Positions 1 through 10,589 of a stretch of 64,000 nucleotides of DNA are shown here, one piece after another. The position numbers and the translations under genes are program-made. The stretch is from Orbicella franksi. Its lineage: Eukaryota. The notes beneath the pieces were generated by a model. The model worked only from the letters and a program-made list of their open reading frames with translations, made no database searches and was not told the origin of the DNA. The stretch covers positions 23,746,001 through 23,810,000 of the forward strand of contig OZ116706.1 of assembly GCA_964199315.1 (NCBI GenBank), in the 5' to 3' direction. How positions within the stretch are numbered: position 1 is the first letter of the stretch; each line of letters starts with the position of its first letter.

Positions 1-738
1 CACTAACCCAGCACAAAAGAAGAATATTACGTAACATATGTTACATAATTACACCCCATATTACCTGACATGCAAGCTTATCTGATTTGTTGATAAGATG
101 AAACACGCATATGATCTGGTTCTATTATTAACTGGCAATCATTGACTGAACTTATTGAGACTGTCAGGAAGATAGTTCTATCATCCCTAGTTGCTTTTTG
201 ATTTACGACTTTCATCTTTCTTTCGCTGCGCTATAATAATTCATCGCACAGCAAAAAAAATTACTTGATTTCTTGCTTTCAAATTGGTTTTTACTTTTGC
301 TTTTATTTTCTCAGTGTTGTCTTCTCAAATGTTGGCCGTTATAGTACAAGAATGGAAATTCTGCTGTATTCGGTTTTGCTTGTCCTACAAAGTCAATAAT
401 TAACTGATTTCGCCTGTTCAATTTTGTCAGCTTCTGTTTGGGCATTTTGTTGCATGGCAAAAAAGAAATATAATTTCTTGTTCTCAGATTGTCAGTTTTA
501 CATATCAGGTTGAGTTCTTTTTGTTGACATTTTTAAATATTTTGGCCCTTCATTCATTCAACTTGAAATAAACAATGTCTTGAAACCTGATGTTGTGTGT
601 GAGGTTACTGCGCATATGGTTTATTTTTAGTACTCACGCTCCCTCTGAAATGTTAAAAAATCACCTGGGAATTTAGGGGTGGTTCACGTGCAATTTATTT
701 GGGAGCCAGCAGGTTAAAGAAGCTTTGGTTATTGCTTA

Positions 739-1929
739 GGGAAGGTACATTTTTAATTGGGCGGGGTGGGTCGCGGTATTTTAGAAATTTTTTGCGAAAA
801 AAGTCGTGGCCCTCCCACTTCCCAGAATGGATTAATGCAGGACCCTTCACAAATACCTACACAAAAACATCTGACCCTCCCCCCACCTCCTCCAAGACAA
901 AAATAACCGGAAGTGATAATAACTAACCGGAAGTGTTACTCACATAACCGTGTCCTCACACAAAGCAGTTAATTGCATGGCGTGTGATTGCATGGTGAAA
1001 ACTTGAAAATGGGCAAGGATGTGCGAGGAATAGAAAGAGGGAAATGCGCTTGTGGTGAAGGCGAGGATTTCATGAGGTCAGATGGAGCAACTTGTGGCTA
1101 TTGTGGCTGTTTGCCCACTCGCCATTCTTGCCTAGATAAAAATGCGCAAGGAGATCAGAAGAAACAGGAGACTGAAAGGGAGCAAGTGGAACGGCTGAAA
1201 CGGGAGTACAATGACATTGACTGGGTTGGACTGTACAACTCCAATAAGCTGTCGTCCTTGAAGGTGGACGAGCTATCCTTGTATTTTTCTCATCACAAGA
1301 TCACCTTCAAAGGGAAGAAAGCTGAAAAGGTTGCAATGACCAAAGATCACATCGGCAGCTTGCTGTACAATTCAATGGCGTGTCAACAACCTCGGCAGCC
1401 CCCACTAAGAAATGTACAGCGACAAGTGACCTCATTACTTTCCGAGGTTGAAACTGACTCGCAAAGTGATGTAGTAGATCAAGTTGCTGGGTCAAGCCCA
1501 AGAAGTTTAAGTAACGCATCGTCACCAGAGACTGATTTTATACCAGAACCCCTCGCAGAAACATTATCGCCGTCAAAATATGGACGAAAGTGGGCACTGG
1601 TCGAGAGAGACAATTACGTTAGTTGGGACAAGACAGTTTTTTGATATAATATTTTGACACCTGTAAACAATTTAGATTAATCTCGACTGGTAGCTTTGCT
1701 TGTACCTACAATTTTTAGATTTCTATACACTTCGTGTGTTTCTTAAAAAATAAGAGTCAACTAAGCGACATGGAGTAATTTTTTCCTTGCCAAAAAAAAC
1801 TGTGACCCTCCCCCGGTTGTGAATAAACAGGTTTGACCCTCCCCAAATTGTAAAAAGTCTACTAATGACCCTCCCCTCCAAAGCCCTGGCCCACCCCGCC
1901 CCCCGCCCCAATTAAAAACGTACCTTCCC
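739..1929. mobile_element. Non-autonomous TIR DNA transposon (PIF/Harbinger-like, 3-bp TTA TSD), 1191 bp
   Basis: Left end GGGAAGGTACATTTTTAATTGGG (739-) and reverse complement of right end GGGAAGGTACGTTTTTAATTGGG (-1929), 1 mismatch in 23 bp. TTA at 736-738 and 1930-1932. Subterminal TGACCCTCCC motifs at 872, 1803, 1834, 1866. Confidence 0.75.
1009..1644 (+). CDS. Transposon-borne ORF (211 aa): N-terminal Cys/His cluster plus SAP-like helical segment
   Basis: First ATG in the 988-1644 ORF is at 1009. Contains KCACGEGEDF...CGYCGCLPTRH and LSSLKVDELSLYFSHHKITFKGKKAEKV. Lies wholly inside the 739-1929 element. Expression unknown. Confidence 0.45.
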   Translation: MGKDVRGIERGKCACGEGEDFMRSDGATCGYCGCLPTRHSCLDKNAQGDQKKQETEREQVERLKREYNDIDWVGLYNSNKLSSLKVDELSLYFSHHKITFKGKKAEKVAMTKDHIGSLLYNSMACQQPRQPPLRNVQRQVTSLLSEVETDSQSDVVDQVAGSSPRSLSNASSPETDFIPEPLAETLSPSKYGRKWALVERDNYVSWDKTVF

Positions 1930-1949
1930 TTAATGGAAGATTTCCTCTA

Positions 1950-2291
1950 TGAAAAGTATATAGAGGATATTACATGGTGTCGAGAAGATGTGAATTTTAT
2001 GTTCGAGTGGTAAGAACAATATCTCACTCGTTCGCTTCGCTCACTCGTGAGATATTGTTCTTGCCACTCGAACATAAAATTCATATCTTCGAGCCAACGT
2101 GTAATCTTCTTTTTATTATATGGAGAAACCAATTCAACAAAAGCAAAAGGCGGGAATCGTGACGTCATTGAACGATACGACACTCACAAAGGTGACATAC
2201 GGAAAATACGCCACTCGGGTCCCGGATGAAGTGGCGCATGGAATCTACAAGTGGTTTAGTTCCCAGTAAAACACTCTTCTCCATATAATAA
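1950..2291. repeat. Foldback/hairpin interspersed repeat
   Basis: ~44-bp arms GAAGATGTGAATTTTATGTTCGAGTGGTAAGAACAATATCTCAC / GTGAGATATTGTTCTTGCCACTCGAACATAAAATTCATATCTTC. A second IR TTATTATATGGAG / CTCCATATAATAA brackets the downstream module. A diverged relative lies at ~15660-15930 (shared AAAATACGCCACTCGG.TCCCGGATG). Confidence 0.7.
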
Positions 2292-4620
2292 ATTCCCATA
2301 TTTTGTTAAGGTTAGCTCGTATAAATCATCATTCATTCCGACATTCATGAGTTTGCTCACAGAGCACTTCGATTAATAGCGCTGACAGATATTTTCCACA
2401 ACACGGTTTTGGAAGCCTTCTCGACGGGTAGTAAACACGCTTCCGAATACAGTGTTTGTATGGGAATTCGATGGCACATTTTCTTTAAAGACATCGAGTT
2501 CTGAAGAATTTTTTAATAGCAAAGTTAGAGTAGGAGACAGATGATGTAACCAAATCTGAGGGATGTAGCTGCGCTGGAAAGTGTCCAGTCGCGTTTTTTT
2601 TGTTGTTGTTTTTTTTCCATATAACCTTAAACTTATTTGTGATTTTTTTTTTCCGCGAAGTGGAGCGACCTTGAAGACCGTGTACAAATTTGCGGGAAAA
2701 AAAGCATACACAAATGTGTGGTACATTTAAACGCGACTAGACGCTTTCTAGCACAGCTGCATATTTGGTTAGTCCAATCCTTAGTCTAGTATCTTTACTT
2801 TGCTTTTCATAAATTGTTCAGATTTCAATTTTGAAGAATTAATTATTTGCCATCAGATTTCCATACAAACTAACTGTCATTTCGGACGCGTGTTACCAAA
2901 AAACCGTGATAAGGTGTACATAAAACAATTTACCGGTAATTAAGTTATTACGGGAGTCATGCAAGGTAAAAAATCCCTACTGGCTCTTTTAGAAAATAAG
3001 GAAGGCTAACTGGAGCGTTGTTTAGGCTAACTGGACTGTTTATAATAACAACTACATCGAAATGGCGGTGTGAAAGACTTGAAGATGTACACTTTTAGAT
3101 TTCTGCACACCAACTGAATATCGAATGTCAAGTATTATCACTGTAGCATCACGAAAGCTTACCTCCTCCATTCTTGAAGCACAAATACGGGAAACGCCAT
3201 ATGTTTCCGAGACCAACAGAAAATCCAATCAGCGCAAGGATGAAATCGAGCTTTCCAACCCAAGTTTCTCGCACGGTTTCGGAGGAAGCCATCAGCTAAC
3301 AAGCTCTAAAACTTAGATGGTTGATCGGAGACGCTTCACCTTTGCGAACCTGAACTTGAAAAGAGGAGTAGAATTACGCACGCCACCGGCATGGCACTTC
3401 ACTATTTTGCGTGATCCATGTGCATATTAACGACAATAACCAAATGTTCAGTTAGTTAATTATTTCTGTTTCTCTCTTTTGAACCAATAGCCTACGCCCA
3501 CTTTGGTCGCTGGGGGAAACGGCGGGAAAATGGGCGAAGATGGAGTCCTAAACTATTCCAAAATTACGATGATAAAATACGCATTCATATTTGTTTTTCT
3601 TTGTTCAAAATAGTTTTACGGTAGGCAGGCGTTTGGTTTGTTGGGGAGCAGTTCGTGAAACGGCGAGAGAGAAATATTGGTGAGGAGTGTGGCAGCTCTT
3701 TCCGCCGGCCAACTGAAAGATTTAGACTGGACGATGGAATGGATCGTGGACGAACTGGAACCTGGACTGGACTTGGGACTGGACAAAGTAGATTGCCAGG
3801 GATTTTGTCACTACCTTCTTCTGCCACAAGAACCGGGCATTGCCGAATTTAGCCGTCGATATCTGATCACTAGTAATTCAAAAATTTGATTCAAAGTGTC
3901 AACGTGTACGAATAAGGAGGAATTTTTTTCTAATTTTTCAGTTGTAAACAAACGATCAAGAAATTTCGTTATCTTAATTAAACAGATATAGCATGTTCAG
4001 GGACGACGAAATACGCCTCAGTTGAGTCCAGTACGTGCAGGAGTGGAGAAGAAATAATAAACAATAAACCGAGGATAATTCCCCAGCCAATCTAGAATTC
4101 CAAAGAAGTAAGCACAACTCAGTAACCGCTACAAAGGCCAACTAGAGATAGACAGAAATTACTGAAAGGATTTAACTGTATGGAGAATAGCATATTAGAG
4201 AAGAGATACCGACGAGAAGATGACAAAATAAACGGTATTTCTCGAACTTAAACCAAACTGGCGCCAGTAGGGAAGAATAAGCTGATAACAGAAAGTTCAT
4301 AGATGTCAGTGATACCAAAGGACGCCTTTGTCAATCATATACCGTATACCTATCTTTCACAGCTATTCCGCCCAACAGACGTACTCACCCAGAGGGAAGG
4401 ACTTTATAGAACCGCGTCCAGGACCTCCACAATGCGTAGGAGTGCAATTGTGATATATGTTAAAACGCCACTCAATTTAGACCAGTGATGAAATTTGACC
4501 CTTCGTCGTTAATACAGCCACCCCGCTATTACGGCCAAATTTTCAAGGCCCATTGTTGACCGTGTTAACGGGGTTCCACTGTATATAATCATCGCAGACC
4601 GAGCATACCTATCTGTATGA

Positions 4621-4986
4621 TCCCCCGGGAATACTCCTCAAAGACTTTGGTGGAACCAGGAACCTGTACCCAATTTGAGACCCAAATCTGTGATTTTCCA
4701 TAGCCCATTTCAGACCTGACTGAAAAATCAATACCCCATTTCAGACCTCTAAAATGAGTGCACGGTTCTAAATGTGAACGAAGCTAACCAATGTTGATAC
4801 CAAAAAAAAAAGCTCCTTGCAAACAAAATAGGCAATGCCAAACCAGAGTGAAAAACATACCCTATTTCAGACCAAAATGGTCAAAATCTACACCCTTTTT
4901 CAGACCAAAACCACTCAAAAACCATACACATATAAAAGGGGTGCACATACCTATATAGCCCATTTAAGAGAGTATCCTTCCCGGGG
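4621..4986. repeat. MITE-like repeat with CCCCGG termini and repeated (C)CCATTTCAGACC motifs
   Basis: Ends TCCCCCGGGAATACTC / GAGTATCCTTCCCGGGG. Several copies of an ATTTCAGACC-type motif inside. Confidence 0.55.
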
Positions 4987-4989
4987 TAT

Positions 4990-5342
4990 TAGCCTCTTTC
5001 AGGCGTTCAGTTAGTTGGGGCGAAAAACGACGCGCGAAAAAAGAAATAAAGGGCGGGGAGAGGAAGCGAAAGAACGCCTGTGGGCAAACTTAACAAAAGG
5101 TCGTTCCGGTATACCAGAATCTGGTATACCCTCTGGTTGGAAAAGAAATGCGATATGGCGGTGGTCAGAGACCTTTCAACGAGTGACGCGGCGTCTCTCC
5201 TCTCGTGGCCATAATGAAAGACCAAGTGGACAGATGAACAAAATTGGAATTGCAGCAACGGCAATAGGTATTAAGAAGACATGGACGAAGAAGCCGCAAA
5301 GAACGGGAAAATCCCCAACTAACTGAAGGCCTGAAGAGGCTA
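4990..5342. mobile_element. Non-autonomous TAG...CTA element (Academ-like), 353 bp
   Basis: TIR TAGCCTCTTTCAGGCGTTCAGTTAGTTGGGG versus CCCCAACTAACTGAAGGCCTGAAGAGGCTA. Flanks CGGGGTAT (4982-4989) and CGGGATAT (5343-5350) match 7/8. Confidence 0.65.
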
Positions 5343-5630
5343 CGGGATATGGCCTCTAAAAAGTAGCTACACCAAATCTCGGGGATTAGGCTGAGGGCGG
5401 GTAATGATTAGGGTTTACGTGGTATAGCCAAGATCAATCCCGTTTCGACCACGAGTTAGTTTGCTCTTTTTACCCCTGGTAGAAAACAGAGAATCTTTGG
5501 TCCTTACGGCGGAAAAGATAGCATTGTATTTCTCATTGTTCTTATGTCCCGATATCCTGCGATATCAAGTCACTGACCTGATGACTACGATATCTTATGC
5601 TCACTTGGCCGAATTTGAGTACGGTAAATA

Positions 5631-5768
5631 CCTAATCGTACCTTTTTGGGACGCTTCGGTTGCACATGGGCACTTTGGCTCGACTACAACTCGCAATAAA
5701 ATACGAACCATGGCTCGACCAAACTCGCCTGATATGCCACTCAAGCGTATCAAAAAGGTACGATTAGG
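5631..5768. mobile_element. MITE, TA TSD (Tc1/mariner type), 138 bp
   Basis: Perfect 18-bp TIR CCTAATCGTACCTTTTTG / CAAAAAGGTACGATTAGG, flanked by TA on both sides. Confidence 0.65.
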
Positions 5769-5827
5769 TATAAGTAATATATCAAACACGAGAGACTGTT
5801 TCATCGGAATATTCAAACATCGAAAAG

Positions 5828-6075
5828 AGCGTTGAAAATACGACGCGCAGCGGAGTATTTCTGACCAAATTCGAGGTGTTTAGATAGCCGATGAAACAGT
5901 GTCCCGAGTGTTTGATATATCTTCTCGATTGAAACAAAAACTAAGGAGTAAACGGAGAAGTAAAATCGTCAAAATCTATGTTAATTAAGACCGGGTATCC
6001 AAACCTCCTTAACGGTTGTGACTTTCTTTGTTTTAACTAGATGAATTACGAATGAGTTTGAGAAGTATTATTTCA
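5828..6075. repeat. Interspersed repeat; second copy inverted at ~17200-17510
   Basis: GTTGAAAATACGACGCGCAGCGGAGTATTT...GTGTTTGATATATCTTCTCGATTGAAAC matches the reverse complement of 17340-17445 (TCGATTGAGAAGATATATCAAACACTC...AAATACTCCGCTGCGCGTCGTATTTTCAAC). Confidence 0.7.
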
Positions 6076-6571
6076 TACTTTCTGGCGGCAACCTTCCAGT
6101 ATTTATTTTCGGCTGTATCACAAAGATCACCAGGGAGGATGCATATTCAACGTATCCGCACTGTTTTTCGCATATAATAATCCATACTCAGCGTACAATC
6201 AGCGAGCCGACTTTGTCCCCCAGTATCATAGAGTAGAAGGCAATGACAACAATTTGTTGGTGAGGCAGTGCAAGAGTTGAGAGATTCCCTTGGGTTATTT
6301 GAGCCAGTGTAAGCACTGTATGAATGTAGCAAGGTCTAGTAACTTCACTTCAGTAAATGTTTCCTTCGGTAAATGATCTCGCTTGGACGAAGAAGGCAGG
6401 CATACAGTCGAACTTCTCCATAACAGTCACATTGGGGACAGAGGAAAGTGGCCGTTGTAGAGACGTGGCCGTTATGGGGAGGTAGGGGTGTAATATGACA
6501 CCTTTTTTTCGGGGGGTGCAACTAAAAATGCTTATTTTTAGCATATACTATAATTAAAGATAGAGACCGTA

Positions 6572-6618
6572 CGGACAGTTTCGAGTTTCACGCACGAAGC
6601 GATCATCAGGCTGTGCCG
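6572..6618 (-). ncRNA. Degenerate hammerhead ribozyme copy
   Basis: Minus strand CGGCACAGC-CUGAUGA-UCGCUUCGUGCGU-GAAA-CUCGA-AACUGUCCG. Lacks the GU of the GUA cleavage triplet and has a stem I U>C change. Confidence 0.65.
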
Positions 6619-6881
6619 TTAGAGGTGGGTGCAATACAATTTAAACTAAGCTCATGGACGACGGTTGCAGCGATCCTGTTTCTGATTGGCCGCGTAGAAC
6701 TTGTTTTCGTGTCTGCACTTGGTAACAAGTTCAAATCTTTTGTTCAAGAGAGTACATCTGTCAGCTGATAGTATCCAGAGCTTTTCCGCCAGACACAAAT
6801 TGCAGCGTGACGGGTTTCCCCTGTAAGAGCTTGCTCGCGTGACAATGGACCACTTGATCGAAAAGTCGGTGTTATTGTCTT

Positions 6882-7166
6882 AGACCTTGCAAGCATTCAC
6901 AAGACACAGTACTATCAAAGTACATCTGGGACCTGAAAGACAATAACACCGACTTTTCGATCAAGTGGTCCATTGTCACGCGAGCAAGCTCTTACAGGGG
7001 AAACCCGTCACGCTGCAATTTGTGTCTGACGGAAAAGCTCTGCATACTATCAGCTGACAGATGTACTCTCTTGAACAAAAGATCTGAACTTGTTACCAAG
7101 TGCAGACACGAAAACAAGTTCTACGCGGCCAATCAGAAACAGGATCGCTCCAACCGTCGTCCATGA
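6882..7166 (+). pseudogene. 5'-truncated C-terminal fragment of Penelope-like ORF (GIY-YIG endonuclease tail)
   Basis: Open frame without ATG, so absent from the ORF track: KHSQDTVLSKYIWDLKDNNTDFSIKWSIVTRASSYRGNPSRCNLCLTEKLCILSADRCTLLNKRSELVTKCRHENKFYAANQKQDRSNRRP*. LSKYIW..K...CNLCL.EK..I...LNKRSEL...CRH is the typical PLE C-terminus. Confidence 0.8.
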
Positions 7167-7177
7167 GCTTAGTTTAA

Positions 7178-7585
7178 GGCCCAGTTCAGACGCCGAACTT
7201 TTCATGAGCCGAACTAAATTCGAATTTGGACCGACCCAAATCATCAAAAGTACACCTGTTGATTCAGACGTCGAACTTAATTCGCGGAACTTTATTTAGA
7301 CTAAAGCAAATCACATCGAAATGTCAGCGATTTCCAGGCAAAGTGAAAACTGCTTGTAAAATACGTTATAATAATTTATGCATTAGGTTCGACTCTTGAA
7401 AAGTTTGACGTCTGAATCAAGGCCGTTCCAAAGTCGAAATTCCCGGCTGAGCCAGGCGGGAGGAACGGCTGGGCCGTTTCAAATTCAAATAGCCGTTCTT
7501 AACTGATTTAGACGCCGAACGTTTCATGTACTTAATTCAATGTATTTGGTTCGGCTCATGGAAAGTTCGGCGTCTGAACTGGGCC
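7178..7585. mobile_element. PIF/Harbinger-type MITE, 408 bp, TAA TSD, nested in the Penelope right arm
   Basis: 37-bp TIR GGCCCAGTTCAGACGCCGAACTTTTCATGAGCCGAAC (1 mismatch). TAA at 7175-7177 and 7586-7588. The empty site is visible in the left arm (TTTAAATTG). Confidence 0.9.
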
Positions 7586-7610
7586 TAAATTGTATTCCAC
7601 CCACCTCTAA

Positions 7611-7659
7611 CGGCACAGTCTGATGATCGCTTCGTGCGTGAAACTCGAGTAACTGTCCG
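7611..7659 (+). ncRNA. Type I hammerhead ribozyme motif (minimal, PLE type)
   Basis: CGGC-ACAGU | CUGAUGA | U-CGC-UUCGU-GCG-U | GAAA | CUCGAG-UA | ACUGU-CCG. Stem I ACAGU/ACUGU extended by CGG/CCG, complete core CUGAUGA/GAAA, palindromic stem III, predicted cleavage 3' of GUA at 7651. Confidence 0.8.
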
Positions 7660-8719
7660 TACGGTCTCTATCTTTAATTATAGTATTCCGCTCTGTATGT
7701 ATTTGCATTGAGCACTTCTACGATTGTGTGAAACCTTTTACATTTTTCTTTATTTTTAGCATATATAAATCAAACAATATCAATAAAACAGAAACTAAAC
7801 AGAAACCAAAAACGCGCGGTACAAATCGAGTCTGGCCACCTTTTACAAGCAAAAAAATGGGGTTCTGTATACACCGTTCGTCAGTCGTTGATTCACTCCC
7901 GATTAACTGGCTGCTGCCGTGAGGTTATTTTGGCAGTCATTAGGACTAGTTTTAGTGGCCGTCTCCGTTGTGGACAGCTGACCGTTGTAGAAAGGTTAAA
8001 ATAAGAGTGGATGTATGGACTGTCCGCCGGGACCAAAAAAAGTGGCTGTTGAAGAGGGGTGATCGTTAGAGGAGGTTCGACTGTAGTCGATGAAATAGAC
8101 ATTTCACGTATCACGAGAAAAAAAAAGAATTTTAAGAAATTTCTTTTTTTTTTCAGTGATACGTTCAATGTCTATTTTATTTTTTGTGAATTATGAAAAC
8201 ACCTTTTTGTTTTCCATGAAACATGATCTAGACCCTTCCCTCTTTACCACCCTCGTCTAGTTTCCGCGTGCTCAGCTTGCGCTTCTTTCAGAGGAGTCAC
8301 GCGAATCGTTATTTGACAATTCTCACACTGAAGAAAGGCTATGCCGGAAAGGTTTGTGATTAATGGCACATTTTTACATTTACCAGTTTTATATTATTTA
8401 TTTTCTTTTGAATTTTGATATCTCTTTTCTCCGGCCTGGGTTCAACTATAGGACAGGGAAGGGAGAGAGTACAGGCACTGGAATGCAGAAGGCAGTGCCG
8501 TAATCCCTGACGATTGATTTGCGTGACAAGCGAACAAAATCGTGTATCGCGTGATGTAAAAACATACAAAAACACAATTCAAGCTTATTAAAGTAGGCTT
8601 TTTATAAAATTAGTGCCTGGTCCAGTCACGTTTTCCTCGATTTCCAGTTAGCCCAAAAATAGATCGTGACAAACACAATATAAAGTGATGTGAAGTATAT
8701 TTGAACTGCGGTAGTAGAT

Positions 8720-8750
<31 letters not shown>

Positions 8751-8848
8751 TCCAATTTATGCAATTGGAGAGATATATATACCTCACATCATTTCACTCC
8801 GCACGGGAAGATATGAACTCAATTAATTGACGTCGCTCCCAATGTGTT

Positions 8849-8938
8849 GGGGAGTAGGGATGGCGCAGTGGTGAGAGCGCTCGCCTCCCACCAATGTGTC
8901 CTGGGTTCAATTCACGGACCCGGCGTCATATGTGGGTT

Positions 8939-8982
<44 letters not shown>

Positions 8983-9145
8983 CGGGTACTCCGGTTTTCC
9001 CCTCTCCTCAAAAACCAACATTTCTCTAATTCCAATTCGATCCTTGAATGCACGGACATTTCTGAACGAGTTCTGTGAACTCCTTGGTGCTCCGTGAGTA
9101 AACAAATTACATTTACATTTACATTTACATTTTTTACATTTTTTT
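8849..9145 (+). mobile_element. tRNA-derived SINE with (ACATTT)n tail
   Basis: A-box-like TGGCGCAGTGG and B-box-like GGTTCAATTC, body, then ACATTT tandem tail at ~9109-9145. Confidence 0.8.
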
Positions 9146-9152
9146 AAGGGGG

Positions 9153-9225
9153 GGCTTCATAGCTCAGTTGGTAGAGCATCGCACCGGTATCGCGGAGGTC
9201 ACGGGTTCAAATCCCGTTGAAGCCC
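9153..9225 (+). tRNA. tRNA-like cloverleaf, anticodon GGT (Thr-like); most likely a repeat-borne pseudo-tRNA
   Basis: Acceptor GGCTTCA/TGAAGCC, D stem GCTC/GAGC, T stem ACGGG/CCCGT with loop TTCAAAT, 73 nt. GGT at position 34-36 (9186-9188), imperfect anticodon stem, T7 run at 9229-9235. Confidence 0.55.
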
Positions 9226-9267
9226 TGATTTTTTTCAGGCTTCTTCTTTCCAATTGCATAAATTGGA

Positions 9268-9298
<31 letters not shown>

Positions 9299-10589
9299 AC
9301 AATATAAAGTGTCAAAAATCGAAAGTTTTGATGAATGAATTATTTGAAGGGAGATTGAAACAACGCAGTGTGGAAAAATGCAAAGCCATCCTTTTATGTT
9401 ATGTTATAATGTAAACACAGCTGCAAAATTCAATGCATTACAACAAAAAGTGGCATAGGAGCCGCATAGTAGACCATTTCAACCGTTGGCAGCTTCGATT
9501 CCGGGTCGTGATTTCAGCGTGATGTCACAGCAGGCCGCAAGCACGAAAGCGCGCGAGCTCTGGGACGAGATTGACTTAAAACGAAAGCAACACTTTTGTA
9601 ACATGTTGTTTTAAAAGGAGATATACAGTACAGGACACGTGAGTGCATTCTCTAATATCAGAAGCATATGACCTTGAACTAGGTGATATGCTTCTGCTAA
9701 TATTCAAAACTTCTGCTCACTTCATCGCGCTTCATAGAACTTCTAACGAAATCACGCTCAAATTGCGCTGAAATTGAAGCTGATCAGTAAGACTGTAGCA
9801 TCGCATTAGAAACCGCGACAAATCGCTTTATCGTACACATAAATTTGTGAGATGATAACAGGTGTCCATGACCTAAAAATGTCTCTACAAATTGATCTGT
9901 GAAATATCTACTAAAGTCGACTCCTGGCTATAATGGCTGTAAACTGAACCACTGTCAGACCAGCAGCAAAAACTACTGAGTTTAGCCTTACCTGCAGTTT
10001 AGCCTGCCAGCAGATGTCTCAAGTACGGGTACTCCTTTTCCTCAGTTGTCAGCCGGAAACAATTACAAGCCGATAATTAACGTCGAGAAAAGCTTATCAG
10101 TTCAAAAATAACCAATGCCGGATATTCTGAAAGTGGTACTGACCTCAAAAAATCTTTTAAAAGGACATTAAATAACCGGAGTTTGTTGTGAAAGTTGTTA
10201 AGCTCCCTGTGGTTAGTCATTTAATACTAGACCTTCCAATAACACGCGACCTCTGTTCTCGTGTTTCGCCCTCGTCTTAGAGGACCCCTCAGGGGTTTAC
10301 TCCAATGGGTTGTGATTGGCAGATTTCGATCAATTTTGTTTGTTTTTTCTGTTGTCGCCGCAGTTGTGATTGACGGCAGCCAAAAAACACAATCGTTACT
10401 TCAGAGTTCGCGCGTATTACGTATTGTAAGTATCTCACATGGCTATCATACAGTTGACCTGCCAATGCCGATTAACTATTGCCATGTTTTCTGAAAGCTT
10501 CAAATAACGACGTTTTGTTGATATTAAGGAAAAACTGCTTTTCAACGTCGATTTCTAAAGGCACAGTGGAAAACTTACCCACCATAATA

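Larger units (their letters stand above)
6545..7686. mobile_element. Penelope-like retroelement remnant in inverted (foldback) configuration: GIY-YIG C-terminus plus pseudo-LTR, duplicated on opposite strands
   Basis: Left arm 6545-6881 is the reverse complement (~98%) of right arm 6937-7177 + 7589-7686. There is a 55-bp unique spacer, and a MITE interrupts only the right arm. Hammerhead motif in each pLTR. Confidence 0.85.
8688..9297. mobile_element. Composite tRNA-containing retro-repeat with partial inverted duplication and 12-14 bp TSD
   Basis: Direct repeat CACAATATAAAGTG at 8674-8687 and 9298-9311. Perfect 51-bp inverted repeat 8719-8769 / 9249-9299. Contains a tRNA-like unit (9153-9225) and a nested SINE (8849-9145). 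Confidence 0.75.

Noticed and set aside
2373-2600. Possible LINE RT 3' remnant (LHHLSPTLTLLLKNSSELDVFK)
   Set aside because: Too short and degenerate to support.
3700-3800. TGGAC-rich stretch as ORF or repeat array
   Set aside because: Irregular spacing and no termini found. Likely a repeat subterminal remnant.
5572-5625. CTGATGA as a possible third hammerhead
   Set aside because: No downstream GAAA core or stem I partner.
9153-9225. Genuine tRNA-Thr gene
   Set aside because: GGT anticodon is atypical for eukaryotes, the anticodon stem is mismatched, and it is embedded in a TSD-flanked repeat. Kept only as tRNA-like.
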